Shown here: piece by piece, positions 20,983-29,664 of the stretch
How positions within the stretch are numbered: position 1 is the stretch's first letter
How the letters are laid out: every line of letters begins with the position of its first letter
Source: a bacterium
Lineage (GTDB): Bacteria > Electryoneota > Electryoneia > Electryoneales > Electryoneaceae
Assembly: GCA_020444425.1 (NCBI GenBank)
Contig: JAHLLB010000002.1
Span: forward strand, 13,250-77,249
Direction: 5' to 3'
DNA: 64,000 bases
The notes under the pieces: generated by a model
What the model saw: only the letters and a program-made list of their open reading frames with translations
What the model was told of the DNA's origin: nothing
Databases searched by the model: none
Translations under genes and position numbers: made by a program

Positions 20983-22398
20983 TTAACGGGCCTGGCCCAA
21001 CGCGCGATCATACTGCGCGCGGGCGACAAGCTGATCGTATTCTGCCTGCAACACGTTCACCCGGGCGGATTTGTACTGCAACTGGGCGTCCAGCACTTCC
21101 AGCTGTGTGCCGACGCCGGAATCGTAGCGGGCCATCGCAATTGACTGGCCCTTCTCCGCCTCGCGGCTGTTTTCAAGTGCAGCCTGCAACTGTTCGCTGG
21201 CTTTCTCAAATTGACGCGTTGCCTGGAAAACTTCCATCTGGATGCCGCGCCGGAGCATATTCTGCTGAAGGTCGACGTTGCGTATGTTCACTTCCGCGAT
21301 CTGCGACCGGCGGTGTGCCGCGAGGCCGTCAAACAGCGGAATGTTGACGATAAGCAGCGCACTCGTTCCGTTGAAGAACTGCTTTTCCTGGAAATCAAAC
21401 TTGTCCGATTGAGCTTGAGTTTCCCAACGTAGTCCTGCCATGAAATTAGGCCACAACCAGCTGCGCTGCTCAGCCTTCTTCTGATCGGCGTACAGCATCC
21501 GCTGCAAGTCCAACTGTTGCACCTCGACGCGGCGTTCCAGCGCGTAATCCGACGCGGTGGTGTAGTCCAGCTCCGGTGCGAGGACGACATCAGTGATCGA
21601 ACCGTCGATGGTGATCGGTGTGTCGAGATCCATCCCGAGCAGGTTCTTCAAGCCCTTGTAAGCGAGATCGCGGGCGGTTTCCGCCTCAATCACGTCCGGC
21701 TTCAGGTTGGACACGGCCACGCTCGCCCGGATGCGGTCGTATTCGCTGACCACGCCTTCGCCGAGCATCGCTTCCACCTGATCGAGGTGGCGGCGGGCCT
21801 GATCCAGCGCGTCCCGGGTCACTGCGACGTATTCATCAGCGACCAACGCACCGTAAAACGCTTGCACCAGTTGCACGCGCAGGTCCTGTTCGCTGACCTC
21901 AACGCCCATCTCGGCGATCTGCTTGTAGTTCTTCGCAATGCGCAAGCCAAGGCCGATCTTGCCCGCGAGCCACAACGGCTGGGTCAATTGGGCATTCGCA
22001 GAGATGTTGTTTTCCTGCCCGAATTTGAATTCTGCGACAAACGGTTGTCCAGGATTCAAGGCGTTCAGTTCACCCGGCATGGTGACTGGATTCGACGGAA
22101 TCATGAAATAGTGGTTGAACGTGCCGTTCACATCCAACGTCGGCATTGCGTTCGACCACGCCTCAAGCACCTGCAAGCGGGCTTTTTCCTGCTCGTGCAG
22201 CGCCATCTGATGCGACTCGTTGTTGGCGACTGCCATCTCCCACGCTTCGTCCCAATCGAGTACGACTCGCTGAGAGCGTTGAGTCTCATGCGCCATCTTT
22301 TCCTGAGCGAATGCCGGCAAAATGATCATGAACGCCAGCAGCCCGATCAGGCACAGAGGGACCACCCGGGGGTGGGATCTGCGTTTGTATGTCTTCAT
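20983..22398 (-). CDS. Outer-membrane efflux protein of the TolC family
   Basis: It has a signal peptide and two OEP repeats with coiled-coil segments. It is the first structural gene of the operon after tetR. Confidence 0.85.
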   Translation of the reverse strand: MKTYKRRSHPRVVPLCLIGLLAFMIILPAFAQEKMAHETQRSQRVVLDWDEAWEMAVANNESHQMALHEQEKARLQVLEAWSNAMPTLDVNGTFNHYFMIPSNPVTMPGELNALNPGQPFVAEFKFGQENNISANAQLTQPLWLAGKIGLGLRIAKNYKQIAEMGVEVSEQDLRVQLVQAFYGALVADEYVAVTRDALDQARRHLDQVEAMLGEGVVSEYDRIRASVAVSNLKPDVIEAETARDLAYKGLKNLLGMDLDTPITIDGSITDVVLAPELDYTTASDYALERRVEVQQLDLQRMLYADQKKAEQRSWLWPNFMAGLRWETQAQSDKFDFQEKQFFNGTSALLIVNIPLFDGLAAHRRSQIAEVNIRNVDLQQNMLRRGIQMEVFQATRQFEKASEQLQAALENSREAEKGQSIAMARYDSGVGTQLEVLDAQLQYKSARVNVLQAEYDQLVARAQYDRALGQAR

Positions 22399-22416
22399 GA
22401 AATCACTCGTGTTTGC

Positions 22417-23028
22417 TCAGGATGAGCGTGCTTCGTTGGACAACGATGAACTTGTGAAATAGGGTTCAAACAGAGTAAGAACATAATGCAAGGCGTTGTC
22501 CGCAGCTATGGCATAATGTTCTGAAAACTCGCGAGCCTTGAACACCCGCTCGAGGAAATAACTGATCACGGTGGTCAGTTCTTTCACCGGACAAGAGGCA
22601 CTCAATTCACCCTTCGTAACTGCTGCGGCGATCCGCTTCTCCAGCAGGTGACGCAAGCTGGCCTCAAACGTAATGATCAGATCTTGTGCGATTGGCAGCA
22701 GCAACCCGACTTCTTCAAGAAAGAGTTCCTTATGAGGATGCAGCCGCTCGATCTCTTTGCTCAACACATCGAGATACGTCTCGATTTCATCCCTCAGTGT
22801 TCCTGTGCCAGGCATGGATGCCGACAATGTGTCGTACAGTTGCCCGTGAATGTACTTGACAATTTCACGGAACAGCTCGTCCTTGTTGCTGAAATAGTGG
22901 TACAGACTGCTCTTCTGCAAATGAGCGGCTTCCGCAATGTCGTCGAGTGTGGTTTTGCGGTAGCCGTGACGGAGGAACACGCCCGCCGCCGTCTCCACAA
23001 TCTCCTGCCGTTTGTCTTTTTCTGTCAT
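22417..23028 (-). CDS. TetR-family transcriptional regulator of the efflux operon
   Basis: It has an N-terminal helix-turn-helix (TLDDIAEAAHLQKSSLYHYFSNKDELF). The start is moved to an internal ATG (MTEKDK) because the track ORF begins at a TTG. Two copies of the palindromic hexamer TTCGAA, spaced TTCGAA-TG-TTCGAA, lie at about 23056-23069 just upstream and are a possible operator. Confidence 0.85.
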   Translation of the reverse strand: MTEKDKRQEIVETAAGVFLRHGYRKTTLDDIAEAAHLQKSSLYHYFSNKDELFREIVKYIHGQLYDTLSASMPGTGTLRDEIETYLDVLSKEIERLHPHKELFLEEVGLLLPIAQDLIITFEASLRHLLEKRIAAAVTKGELSASCPVKELTTVISYFLERVFKAREFSEHYAIAADNALHYVLTLFEPYFTSSSLSNEARSS

Positions 23029-23172
23029 CGTCACAATCGACCAATCAAACAATTCCTTCGAATGTTCGAAACTTATACGTGAGCTCAGAACGAAAGCAAC
23101 AGTCGCTCGCGTCTCTCGAGGGGGTTCTATCAGCGGTGGGTGATCAGCCTCAAATGTTGCTGCAAGCTGGGC

Positions 23173-24168
23173 TTAACGCAGGTCGAACGTGAACACCGTC
23201 GCCAGCATGACACCGCTTCCATCCTCTGTCAACAACGGCTGCATCGAAAAGTTCCGTTGCTCTTTGAGCTGGAACATCTGCTCGGTGACAAACCAGCCCC
23301 AGAGCGCACCGAAGTAGACGTCGGACGGCCAGTGCTTAGTGGAGGTAATTCGTTCCAGTGCGACGGAGGTTGCGACGGTGTAGGCGCCGGTACGGACCAT
23401 CCAGTTCGGAAAATGATGCGAGACGACGCCCGCCAGTTGGAACAGGTTGGCGGTATGGCCGGAGATGAACGAGGCGCCTTTCGGTTTGCCCCAGTCGGTC
23501 CGGTCTCCCTGGTAGGGACGCAGACGGCTGGAGCCAAATTTCGTTCCAGCTTGTACCGCGAGCGAGAGGTAGATGGATTCCAGCATGTCGGCGGAGATGT
23601 CGCGCAGCGGAGCGTATCCGGTGATATAGCCGACGAGCATCCCGCTGATGTACCACGATTCGGTGAAGGCGCGTGTGCCCATCGGTTCGAAGAAGACGCC
23701 GATTTCGTGGAACGGCTTGAACCACGCATCGTCCTTGAACCGATGTACCTCGTCGTAGATCTCCTGGTCGGCAGTGTAGATGCCATAGCCAGCGGCGAAA
23801 GTTGCGGCGACGATCAAGCCATCCTTCCAGTCCATCCTGGCGGGTGACGTGTAGACGTGATACCAGTCTTTCAGCAACGTCTTGCCGGCGTACAATGCAT
23901 CATCCCCCACTCGCCGAAGAACCGGCATCGCGGGGCACCCATCGTCATCATCCTCGTCCCAGTCGTCATCATGGTCATCCAGCAAGTACTGGCCGGCGAG
24001 AGCGTATTGCAGGGATGGCAATTGTACTCCGGTCCAGCACTCGGATGTGTTATGTGTGGACAGGGCGTCGAAAGTGTTGTATCCGGCGTGAGCTGTCGAA
24101 ATTGAACCCAGCAGGAGTGCGACCAGGAGGACAATGATCAAAGGGGGGTGCTGAAGCGCGTGATTCAT
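23173..24168 (-). CDS. PAP2-family acid phosphatase or lipid phosphatase, secreted or membrane-bound
   Basis: PAP2 motifs are present (SFISGHT, the PSGH-like motif, and ALERITSTKHWPSDV, the SRx5Hx3D-like motif). The start is set at MNHALQHPPLIIVLLVALLL, which is a signal or anchor sequence. The longer ORF in the track would run into the tRNA gene. Confidence 0.7.
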   Translation of the reverse strand: MNHALQHPPLIIVLLVALLLGSISTAHAGYNTFDALSTHNTSECWTGVQLPSLQYALAGQYLLDDHDDDWDEDDDDGCPAMPVLRRVGDDALYAGKTLLKDWYHVYTSPARMDWKDGLIVAATFAAGYGIYTADQEIYDEVHRFKDDAWFKPFHEIGVFFEPMGTRAFTESWYISGMLVGYITGYAPLRDISADMLESIYLSLAVQAGTKFGSSRLRPYQGDRTDWGKPKGASFISGHTANLFQLAGVVSHHFPNWMVRTGAYTVATSVALERITSTKHWPSDVYFGALWGWFVTEQMFQLKEQRNFSMQPLLTEDGSGVMLATVFTFDLR

Positions 24169-24237
24169 GGTGCTGCCCGGGTTACGGGTCGTCAAACGAA
24201 AGGGCAATCCCGGTTGGAATTGCCCTCTACGTCGTTC

Positions 24238-24324
24238 TGGTGCCGGAGGGGGGACTCGAACCCCCACGTCCCTGAGGACACTGGTCCCTGAAACCAGCGC
24301 GTCTACCAATTTCACCACTCCGGC
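24238..24324 (-). tRNA. tRNA-Leu (anticodon CAG)
   Basis: The minus-strand sequence GCCGGAGTGGTGAAATTGGTAGACGCGCTGGTTTCAGGGACCAGTGTCCTCAGGGACGTGGGGGTTCGAGTCCCCCCTCCGGCACCA folds as a cloverleaf with a 7-bp acceptor stem, a CTGGT/ACCAG anticodon stem, a TTCAGGG loop with anticodon CAG, a long variable arm, a GGTTCGAGTCC T-loop, and an encoded CCA. Confidence 0.85.
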
Positions 24325-24349
24325 AAAAAACGGCCGTCAATTCGGCCGT
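24325..24349 (-). terminator. Rho-independent terminator of the acidic-protein gene, lying immediately 5' of the tRNA
   Basis: On the minus strand the sequence is GACGGCCG-AATTGA-CGGCCGT followed by TTTTTT. Confidence 0.5.
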
Positions 24350-24432
24350 CGCAGATGGTACGGCTTCCGACCGGATTCTCGCAACGTCCTGTCTCGAACG
24401 GACTCTGTGCTCTGCTCCGGTCCGATTCGGAA

Positions 24433-26163
24433 TCATGAGCCCGTCATGCAGTCTTTCAACGCGAAGAACAGCGCACGCGCGGGTTCCTGTTCGAGATTGA
24501 CTCGACGGTCGAGCATTTCTTCCGCAATGATCTTCTTCCCCGACTTCCAGTCGGCGGCCGAAGTCAGTTTCGCGAGGAATCGGTCAAACTGTGCGGCATC
24601 GTTCGCGAAGATCTCGCGCACGACGTCTCCACGTAAATCACCGGATCGGAGCGAGGCAAAGCGATCCTTCTGCGGTCGGGGTTTCTCGGCGATCTGAACG
24701 GGCTGTCCATGTTCAACGTCACGCAATTCCTTAACCTGCGGAACGCTGCGTGATGTCATGCCGTTTACGGTCCCGACCGCGGGAGTAGGCCCTTCGTCGT
24801 CGTCATCCTCCCCCGAGTCGTCCTCATCGTCGTCGTATTCGATCACATCTTTGCCAAACAGGTACTCGATCGCCTCGAGATCGTCATCGTCGAGGTCGTC
24901 AAGATCCCGCACATGAAAACGGTTTGGATCCATATCGTGGGGTTCTCCTTGCTGGTCACTCTCAGTTGTGACGGTGTCATCGGTTGATTCATCCGGAGTG
25001 AATTCGTGAACGGCTTCCGGCTGTTCCTCTCCCCTGACTTCCTCCGGTGCGGTTCCCACCATTTTGCTATCTACAGGTTGTTCTTCCTCGAGCAATTCTT
25101 CCGCAGGTTCTTCGGACTCCAAGCCAGGGTCAAATTCTTCCTCGTCATCATGAATATTTTCAGATTCATCAGCGGTCGTTTCATCAACCGGTGGCGGATA
25201 ATCTGCGGACGAGGCCGCGAGATCGTCATCGTTCGTGGTGTCGTCTACAAACGGTTCGTCCTCGGATACAGGAACGTCTTCGAGCTCGGGTTCGGGCTCT
25301 TCAGCAATCTGAGGTTCCGGTTCCAGATCGGGTTCGATGGCTGGCGATTGTTCGTCTGACGCCGACAAGTCCGACTCCGGGATCGGTGCTGCATCCTCGG
25401 AGATCGCGTCGGGAATCGGCGGCGGAGCAGAGAGGCCGATCGCTTCCGGTCCGCCACGTTTCACCATCAGCGCATACCGCTTCAGGATACGGATGATCTC
25501 GTCACGCGAAGCGACATCGACGCCGATGTCCTGTTCCAGCATCAACGCTTTCGCCCATGTGCGCGCGCCACGATTTTCCAGGTACGGCAGGAGGTCGCTC
25601 AGCTTGATCGGTTCGGTCGTCAGGCCGGTGGTCTGCAGGATCTCGAGGACGGCGTCCCGGGACTGTTTTGTCGTCCAGGTGTCGTAGGCGTTCTGGAAGG
25701 CGCGCAGGAATCCACCCCGGTCGAGCATCTTGTTCGGTGGTACATCGAGATACTTGATACAGGCTTCGATAACGGGATGCTCTTCGGTGGGATCGAACTG
25801 GTTGAACACATCGGCTGCAGACGCGTTCACCCGGCGGCGGAAGAGACGAACTGCCAGCTTATCGAATTCATGGCCGGGTTTGGGCGGCAGGGCGTCGTAG
25901 AAATCCTCCACCACATGCCGGACGTCGTCTCCCGGCAAACGCCAGCTCTGCGCCATGGCGTCCACGAGCTGCCGCACGGCTTCCTGACGGCGGAGATCGA
26001 GTTGACCGTCGTGGGCGAACGCATCGGCTCGATGAACGGCTTCGTCCCGTGCAAAGTTATCGAGTCGGATCCGGCATTCTTCGGGAATACTCTCCCAATC
26101 GACCGGCGAAATGAACTTTTCCGCCCGATAAGTTTTCAGCCATGCATCGAGACGCTCTTCCAT
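24433..26163 (-). CDS. Unknown protein with a long poly-acidic central region, lying just after the chemosensory operon
   Basis: The 576-aa product has a structured N-terminal domain of about 240 aa and a C-terminal domain of about 100 aa, separated by roughly 230 aa that are mostly Asp, Glu and Pro (EPEPELEDVPVSEDEPFVDDTTNDDD..., DDDEDDSGEDDDDEG). I do not recognise any family. Confidence 0.5.
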   Translation of the reverse strand: MEERLDAWLKTYRAEKFISPVDWESIPEECRIRLDNFARDEAVHRADAFAHDGQLDLRRQEAVRQLVDAMAQSWRLPGDDVRHVVEDFYDALPPKPGHEFDKLAVRLFRRRVNASAADVFNQFDPTEEHPVIEACIKYLDVPPNKMLDRGGFLRAFQNAYDTWTTKQSRDAVLEILQTTGLTTEPIKLSDLLPYLENRGARTWAKALMLEQDIGVDVASRDEIIRILKRYALMVKRGGPEAIGLSAPPPIPDAISEDAAPIPESDLSASDEQSPAIEPDLEPEPQIAEEPEPELEDVPVSEDEPFVDDTTNDDDLAASSADYPPPVDETTADESENIHDDEEEFDPGLESEEPAEELLEEEQPVDSKMVGTAPEEVRGEEQPEAVHEFTPDESTDDTVTTESDQQGEPHDMDPNRFHVRDLDDLDDDDLEAIEYLFGKDVIEYDDDEDDSGEDDDDEGPTPAVGTVNGMTSRSVPQVKELRDVEHGQPVQIAEKPRPQKDRFASLRSGDLRGDVVREIFANDAAQFDRFLAKLTSAADWKSGKKIIAEEMLDRRVNLEQEPARALFFALKDCMTGS

Positions 26164-26460
26164 GATCCCCTCTATCCTGCGGAAACTGTACCCACGTGCA
26201 ACTGTCAGCTGGTATTGTCGGCACTGGCGAACTCCGGCGCAAGAGGAAATCTCTGCCGGTCCCGGTCAAAGTTGCCGACTGTCAAAGAGTCGGGAGACAT
26301 TTTTCGAGCATGCTAATGATTCGCTGGAAACGTTGTGAATATTGGGTTTCAGGAATGTAACCAGGCATTGAAGCAGAAATGGCACGGGCTTTGATAGTGT
26401 GACAGGCAGGAGCTCAGCTCCGCCCTTCCCTCCTTTCCACCTGGAAAGGAACCCTTGCTA

Positions 26461-26493
26461 CAGCATGTCCAGCGGGCATGCTGTTTTTCTCTC
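26461..26493 (+). terminator. Orphan terminator-like hairpin plus T-tract on the plus strand, which may be the 3' end of a small RNA
   Basis: The sequence CAGCATG-tccagcggg-CATGCTG is followed by TTTTTCTCTC. There is no plus-strand gene upstream. A second hairpin (CGCACGG...CCGTGCG, at about 26505-26530), preceded by an A/T-rich stretch, could be the minus-strand terminator of the chemosensory operon. Confidence 0.3.
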
Positions 26494-26561
26494 GGGAGAG
26501 AAATCGCACGGACCAACGTAGACCCGTGCGAAGTAAACTGCGTCATCTGCGTTTCGCTCGA

Positions 26562-27032
26562 TCAATCCGTGAGCTTCATCGTAACTTCCATCACGAATGT
26601 CTCGTCCTTGACGGAAAACGGGATCACAATCACCGGTGTTTCCGCCTTGTGCCGGATGGAGTGGTTCTGACCGACAACGACGGATGGCACGGAGATGTTG
26701 AACGACAGCCCCTGCCCCGCCATTTCAGTTTTGGCGCCCCCCGCGACAATGTTGGCGACTTCGCCAATGCAGTCTTCCACGTCCCGGTTGATTTCGTCGG
26801 TGGCTTCGCCGGTCATCCCTTCAAAGAGCATCAGGGCAGCTTTTTCCGGGAAGCTGAGGGCGACTGAACCCATAATCTTTTTCTCGGCAAATCCAATCAC
26901 GCCGGTGATGTCGCCGGACGTTTTCGAATTGTCCTTAACAAAGGGGGTTGCCGCAACCGCGTCCAAGTCCATCATCATTTTAAGCGTGTTGATGAGGGAG
27001 TTGATGAAAGGGTTGATGTATCGTACGTCCAT
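26562..27032 (-). CDS. cheX: CheX-type chemotaxis phosphatase (CheC/CheX/FliY family, single active site)
   Basis: It has an INPF N-terminus and a single consensus D-x3-E-x2-N-x22-P site (DCIGEVAN...22...P) in the second half, which is the CheX-class arrangement. Confidence 0.72.
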   Translation of the reverse strand: MDVRYINPFINSLINTLKMMMDLDAVAATPFVKDNSKTSGDITGVIGFAEKKIMGSVALSFPEKAALMLFEGMTGEATDEINRDVEDCIGEVANIVAGGAKTEMAGQGLSFNISVPSVVVGQNHSIRHKAETPVIVIPFSVKDETFVMEVTMKLTD

Positions 27033-27052
27033 GGTAGGCTCTGTCTCCCGGT

Positions 27053-27409
27053 TCAGCCGACAACGGCCTCAATTTTTTCGAGGATGATCTGTTTTGTAAA
27101 TGGTTTGACAATGTAATCATTCACACCGTTCCTGAGTGCCTCCAGAACTTCCTCTTTAGCACCTTCAGTGGTGATCATGATAATCGGAACGGACGAGAAA
27201 TTCGGGTTATGCCGAATTTCCTTCACCAGGCTAAGCCCGTCCATAACGGGCATGTTCCAGTCTGTCAACACAAGTTCAATGCCAGACATGCGGCTCAACG
27301 CTTCCACCCCGTTGGAGGCCTCGACAATATCCGAGTAGCCGGCCTGCTTCAGGTGGTTGATAATGATTCGACGCATGGTGGCAGAATCGTCCACCACGAG
27401 GATCTTCAT
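27053..27409 (-). CDS. cheY: CheY-like single-domain response regulator
   Basis: The sequence MKILVVDDS...DWNMP...KP contains the phospho-acceptor Asp and the conserved Lys. The start is set at an internal Met, and the track ORF is longer. Confidence 0.85.
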   Translation of the reverse strand: MKILVVDDSATMRRIIINHLKQAGYSDIVEASNGVEALSRMSGIELVLTDWNMPVMDGLSLVKEIRHNPNFSSVPIIMITTEGAKEEVLEALRNGVNDYIVKPFTKQIILEKIEAVVG

Positions 27410-27447
27410 CGTGGATCTCCCGTTTCCTAGGTCTAGCTCGCCCGAAA

Positions 27448-27930
27448 TCAGCTGAGTGTCGTGTCGATGAGGACACGCAACAGCCACCCTTCAACAGAAT
27501 AGTCAATCTGGATCCAACTTGAGGATGGATCCTGGAATTCAGCTTTTTCCGCCAGCATTCCGAATTCTGGAATGCCAAGGTTGTAAATGGTGTCTTCTCC
27601 GAACATCTCCACGCACAACCGACCGGTAAGCGTGTTCAGGATCTCGTTGACGGCGTCGCGTTGATGATCCGGCCCCAGTTCACCGTCCTCAAACATGCCG
27701 TAAATCGATTCCGTGATTGATTCCGCCAGCTGTTTCGAAAGGATCAGGACCGCTCTCCCGGCACGCGGCTCGATCAGATCGATCACCGAGTATACGTTCA
27801 ATTCGTCAACGAATTCACAGTCCGGAACTTTCCGCAAGGGCACGACTTCGGCGAAGGCCATGTTCTCAAGTGTGCCAATCAGGGCCGTGTCAACGGCTTC
27901 GATCAATGCATCTTGCTTGCTATCCGCCAT
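27448..27930 (-). CDS. Second CheC/CheX-family phosphatase paralog
   Basis: The 160-aa product has a single D-x3-E-x2-N-x22-P site (DAVNEILN...22...P). Confidence 0.6.
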   Translation of the reverse strand: MADSKQDALIEAVDTALIGTLENMAFAEVVPLRKVPDCEFVDELNVYSVIDLIEPRAGRAVLILSKQLAESITESIYGMFEDGELGPDHQRDAVNEILNTLTGRLCVEMFGEDTIYNLGIPEFGMLAEKAEFQDPSSSWIQIDYSVEGWLLRVLIDTTLS

Positions 27931-28312
27931 TGACCTCTCCGAACAGGGATACCAACGTTTCGTTTAACTGTGGCGGTGACACGGGTTTCGGCAGCACGGC
28001 ATTCGCACCGGCTTCCATCAGCTGTTTCTCCCGCGCCTCGTTGCCGATACTGGTAATCATAATGACGGGAAGGTTTACGAACTTCGCGTCCTCCCTGAGC
28101 GCTCGAAGGAACTGCGCCCCGTCCATCTCGGGCATGTTGTAATCGGACATGACGAGATCGATTTCTTCCGTCTTCAGCAGGTCCAGCGCCTCCTTGCCGT
28201 TGCCGGCCTGATGGAAGGTGGCATCCTGCCAGCCGGCGATCTCGAAGATCCGTTGGATCATCATGCGTGCCGTGGCTGAGTCATCCACGATCAGTATTCG
28301 ATGGCTCATCAA
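27920..28312 (-). CDS. cheY: CheY-like response regulator (second copy)
   Basis: The sequence ILIVDDSATARMM...DYNMPEMDG...KP identifies a receiver domain. It overlaps the downstream gene by 11 nt. Confidence 0.85.
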   Translation of the reverse strand: MMSHRILIVDDSATARMMIQRIFEIAGWQDATFHQAGNGKEALDLLKTEEIDLVMSDYNMPEMDGAQFLRALREDAKFVNLPVIMITSIGNEAREKQLMEAGANAVLPKPVSPPQLNETLVSLFGEVNGG

Positions 28313-29188
28313 TTACCCCTGCGATTCGCCCAGAATTGACTGTTCAATCTTGTTAAACTCGTCCAGAATATCCAGGATCAGGTGTTCCAGTGCAGCTCGA
28401 TCCAGGTTGAAGTGTTCGCTGTACCCATCGTCCAGAGTGTAGCACAGCGCATCAATGCCGGACCCGAATCCGATCGTACGCGCGAGCAGGTCACCGACGT
28501 GGACGGCGTACACCAGCGGCGCCAGTTTCGCAGGCGCTTCGGACGGTTTATGTGCATACCGGATCGCGGTGATGATGGTTTCGGGCAGCCGCCATTGTTC
28601 GGCAATGTGGGCGCCGACTTCGTCCCGATCGGTCCCGGTCAGCTCACGTTCAAGTTCGAGGAAATCGCCGTGTTCCGGATCGTCCAGCACATCAACGATG
28701 CGTTCGCTGTCTTTCTCCAGCGGATCGGACATTACAACCATGCCGATGTTGAAAAGCAGACCGGCGGTGTAAGCCAGATCAGGTCGTAGATCAGACTTTG
28801 CGTGGCGTGCGACTTCGCGTGCGGCGATGGCTTCCTGCAGACTGAACTTCCACAACGTGCCTTCATGCTGGGCATACCCAGCCATCGGGCGCTTCAACAG
28901 TTCGCCAGTGCTCATACCGATCGCGAGGCTCAGCACGAGCCCTTCGCCAATCTGCAGCACGGCCCGGTTGACCGTTTCGATCTGATGACCGCGTGAAAAT
29001 GCGGCGGAATTGGCCAGCTTGAGCACGTTCGCCGAAAGGTAGACATCGGTCTCGATGATCTTCGCCACCTGGCGCAGGTCATGGTCTTCGTCCGCCGCCA
29101 GCATCAACAGCCTGGATGCGACCTCCGACAGCATCGGCAACGCTTCGATTTCGCGCGCGATATCCGGGGGCAGATTTACAGTTCCCAT
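28313..29188 (-). CDS. HDOD-domain protein embedded in the chemosensory operon
   Basis: The whole 291-aa protein fits the HDOD (HD-related output domain) pattern: LLMLAADEDHDLRQVAKIIETDVYLSANVLKLANSAAFS...HVGDLLARTIG. It overlaps cheD by 13 nt. Confidence 0.65.
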   Translation of the reverse strand: MGTVNLPPDIAREIEALPMLSEVASRLLMLAADEDHDLRQVAKIIETDVYLSANVLKLANSAAFSRGHQIETVNRAVLQIGEGLVLSLAIGMSTGELLKRPMAGYAQHEGTLWKFSLQEAIAAREVARHAKSDLRPDLAYTAGLLFNIGMVVMSDPLEKDSERIVDVLDDPEHGDFLELERELTGTDRDEVGAHIAEQWRLPETIITAIRYAHKPSEAPAKLAPLVYAVHVGDLLARTIGFGSGIDALCYTLDDGYSEHFNLDRAALEHLILDILDEFNKIEQSILGESQG

Positions 29189-29664
29189 TGGCCCCTCGCC
29201 GGTGAACTCAGGTACACTTTGCCAGCTTCGATGTCGATGATCACGGTACGGCTGATCTCGCCTCCAATGTGTTCGGCGATCGGACCAAGACGATACTTCC
29301 AGAGGATTTTCTTGGTCGCTAATATGTTACGTTTTCCAATGTTGAAGGTGGCATTTGGATCCATGATCGACGCGCCTCCGGCGAGCCGGATGGTGAGCCG
29401 GTTCTTTGTGTCCCAGCCAGCACGCCGCATCCCCTTTAACAGGGCAGGGATGCCGGTGTCCGCAAAGGTGCCGGGCTTCGCCTCAGCCCGTTTCAGGTTG
29501 ATGCTCGATTCGGGGAGTGCAATGTGGAGCAGGCCCCATGCGCCACTCACCTTGTCATGTGCAATGACACCGACACACGACCCGAGTGCCATGGTTTTAA
29601 TCTGCTGTTGCGGATTTCGGGAGATACCGAACTCGCCGATTCCGACGTAAATCGTGTCCTTCAT
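29176..29664 (-). CDS. cheD: CheD chemoreceptor glutamine deamidase
   Basis: The sequence MALGSCVGVIAHD contains the catalytic Cys, and the 162-aa length is typical of CheD. Confidence 0.85.
   Translation of the reverse strand: MKDTIYVGIGEFGISRNPQQQIKTMALGSCVGVIAHDKVSGAWGLLHIALPESSINLKRAEAKPGTFADTGIPALLKGMRRAGWDTKNRLTIRLAGGASIMDPNATFNIGKRNILATKKILWKYRLGPIAEHIGGEISRTVIIDIEAGKVYLSSPARGQWEL

Noticed and set aside
24238-24324. tRNA-Leu as the boundary of an integrated genomic island.
   Set aside because: There is no integrase, excisionase, direct repeat of the tRNA 3' end, or shift in composition on either side. The flanking genes (a PAP2 phosphatase and the efflux operon on one side, the acidic protein and the chemosensory operon on the other) look like core chromosome.
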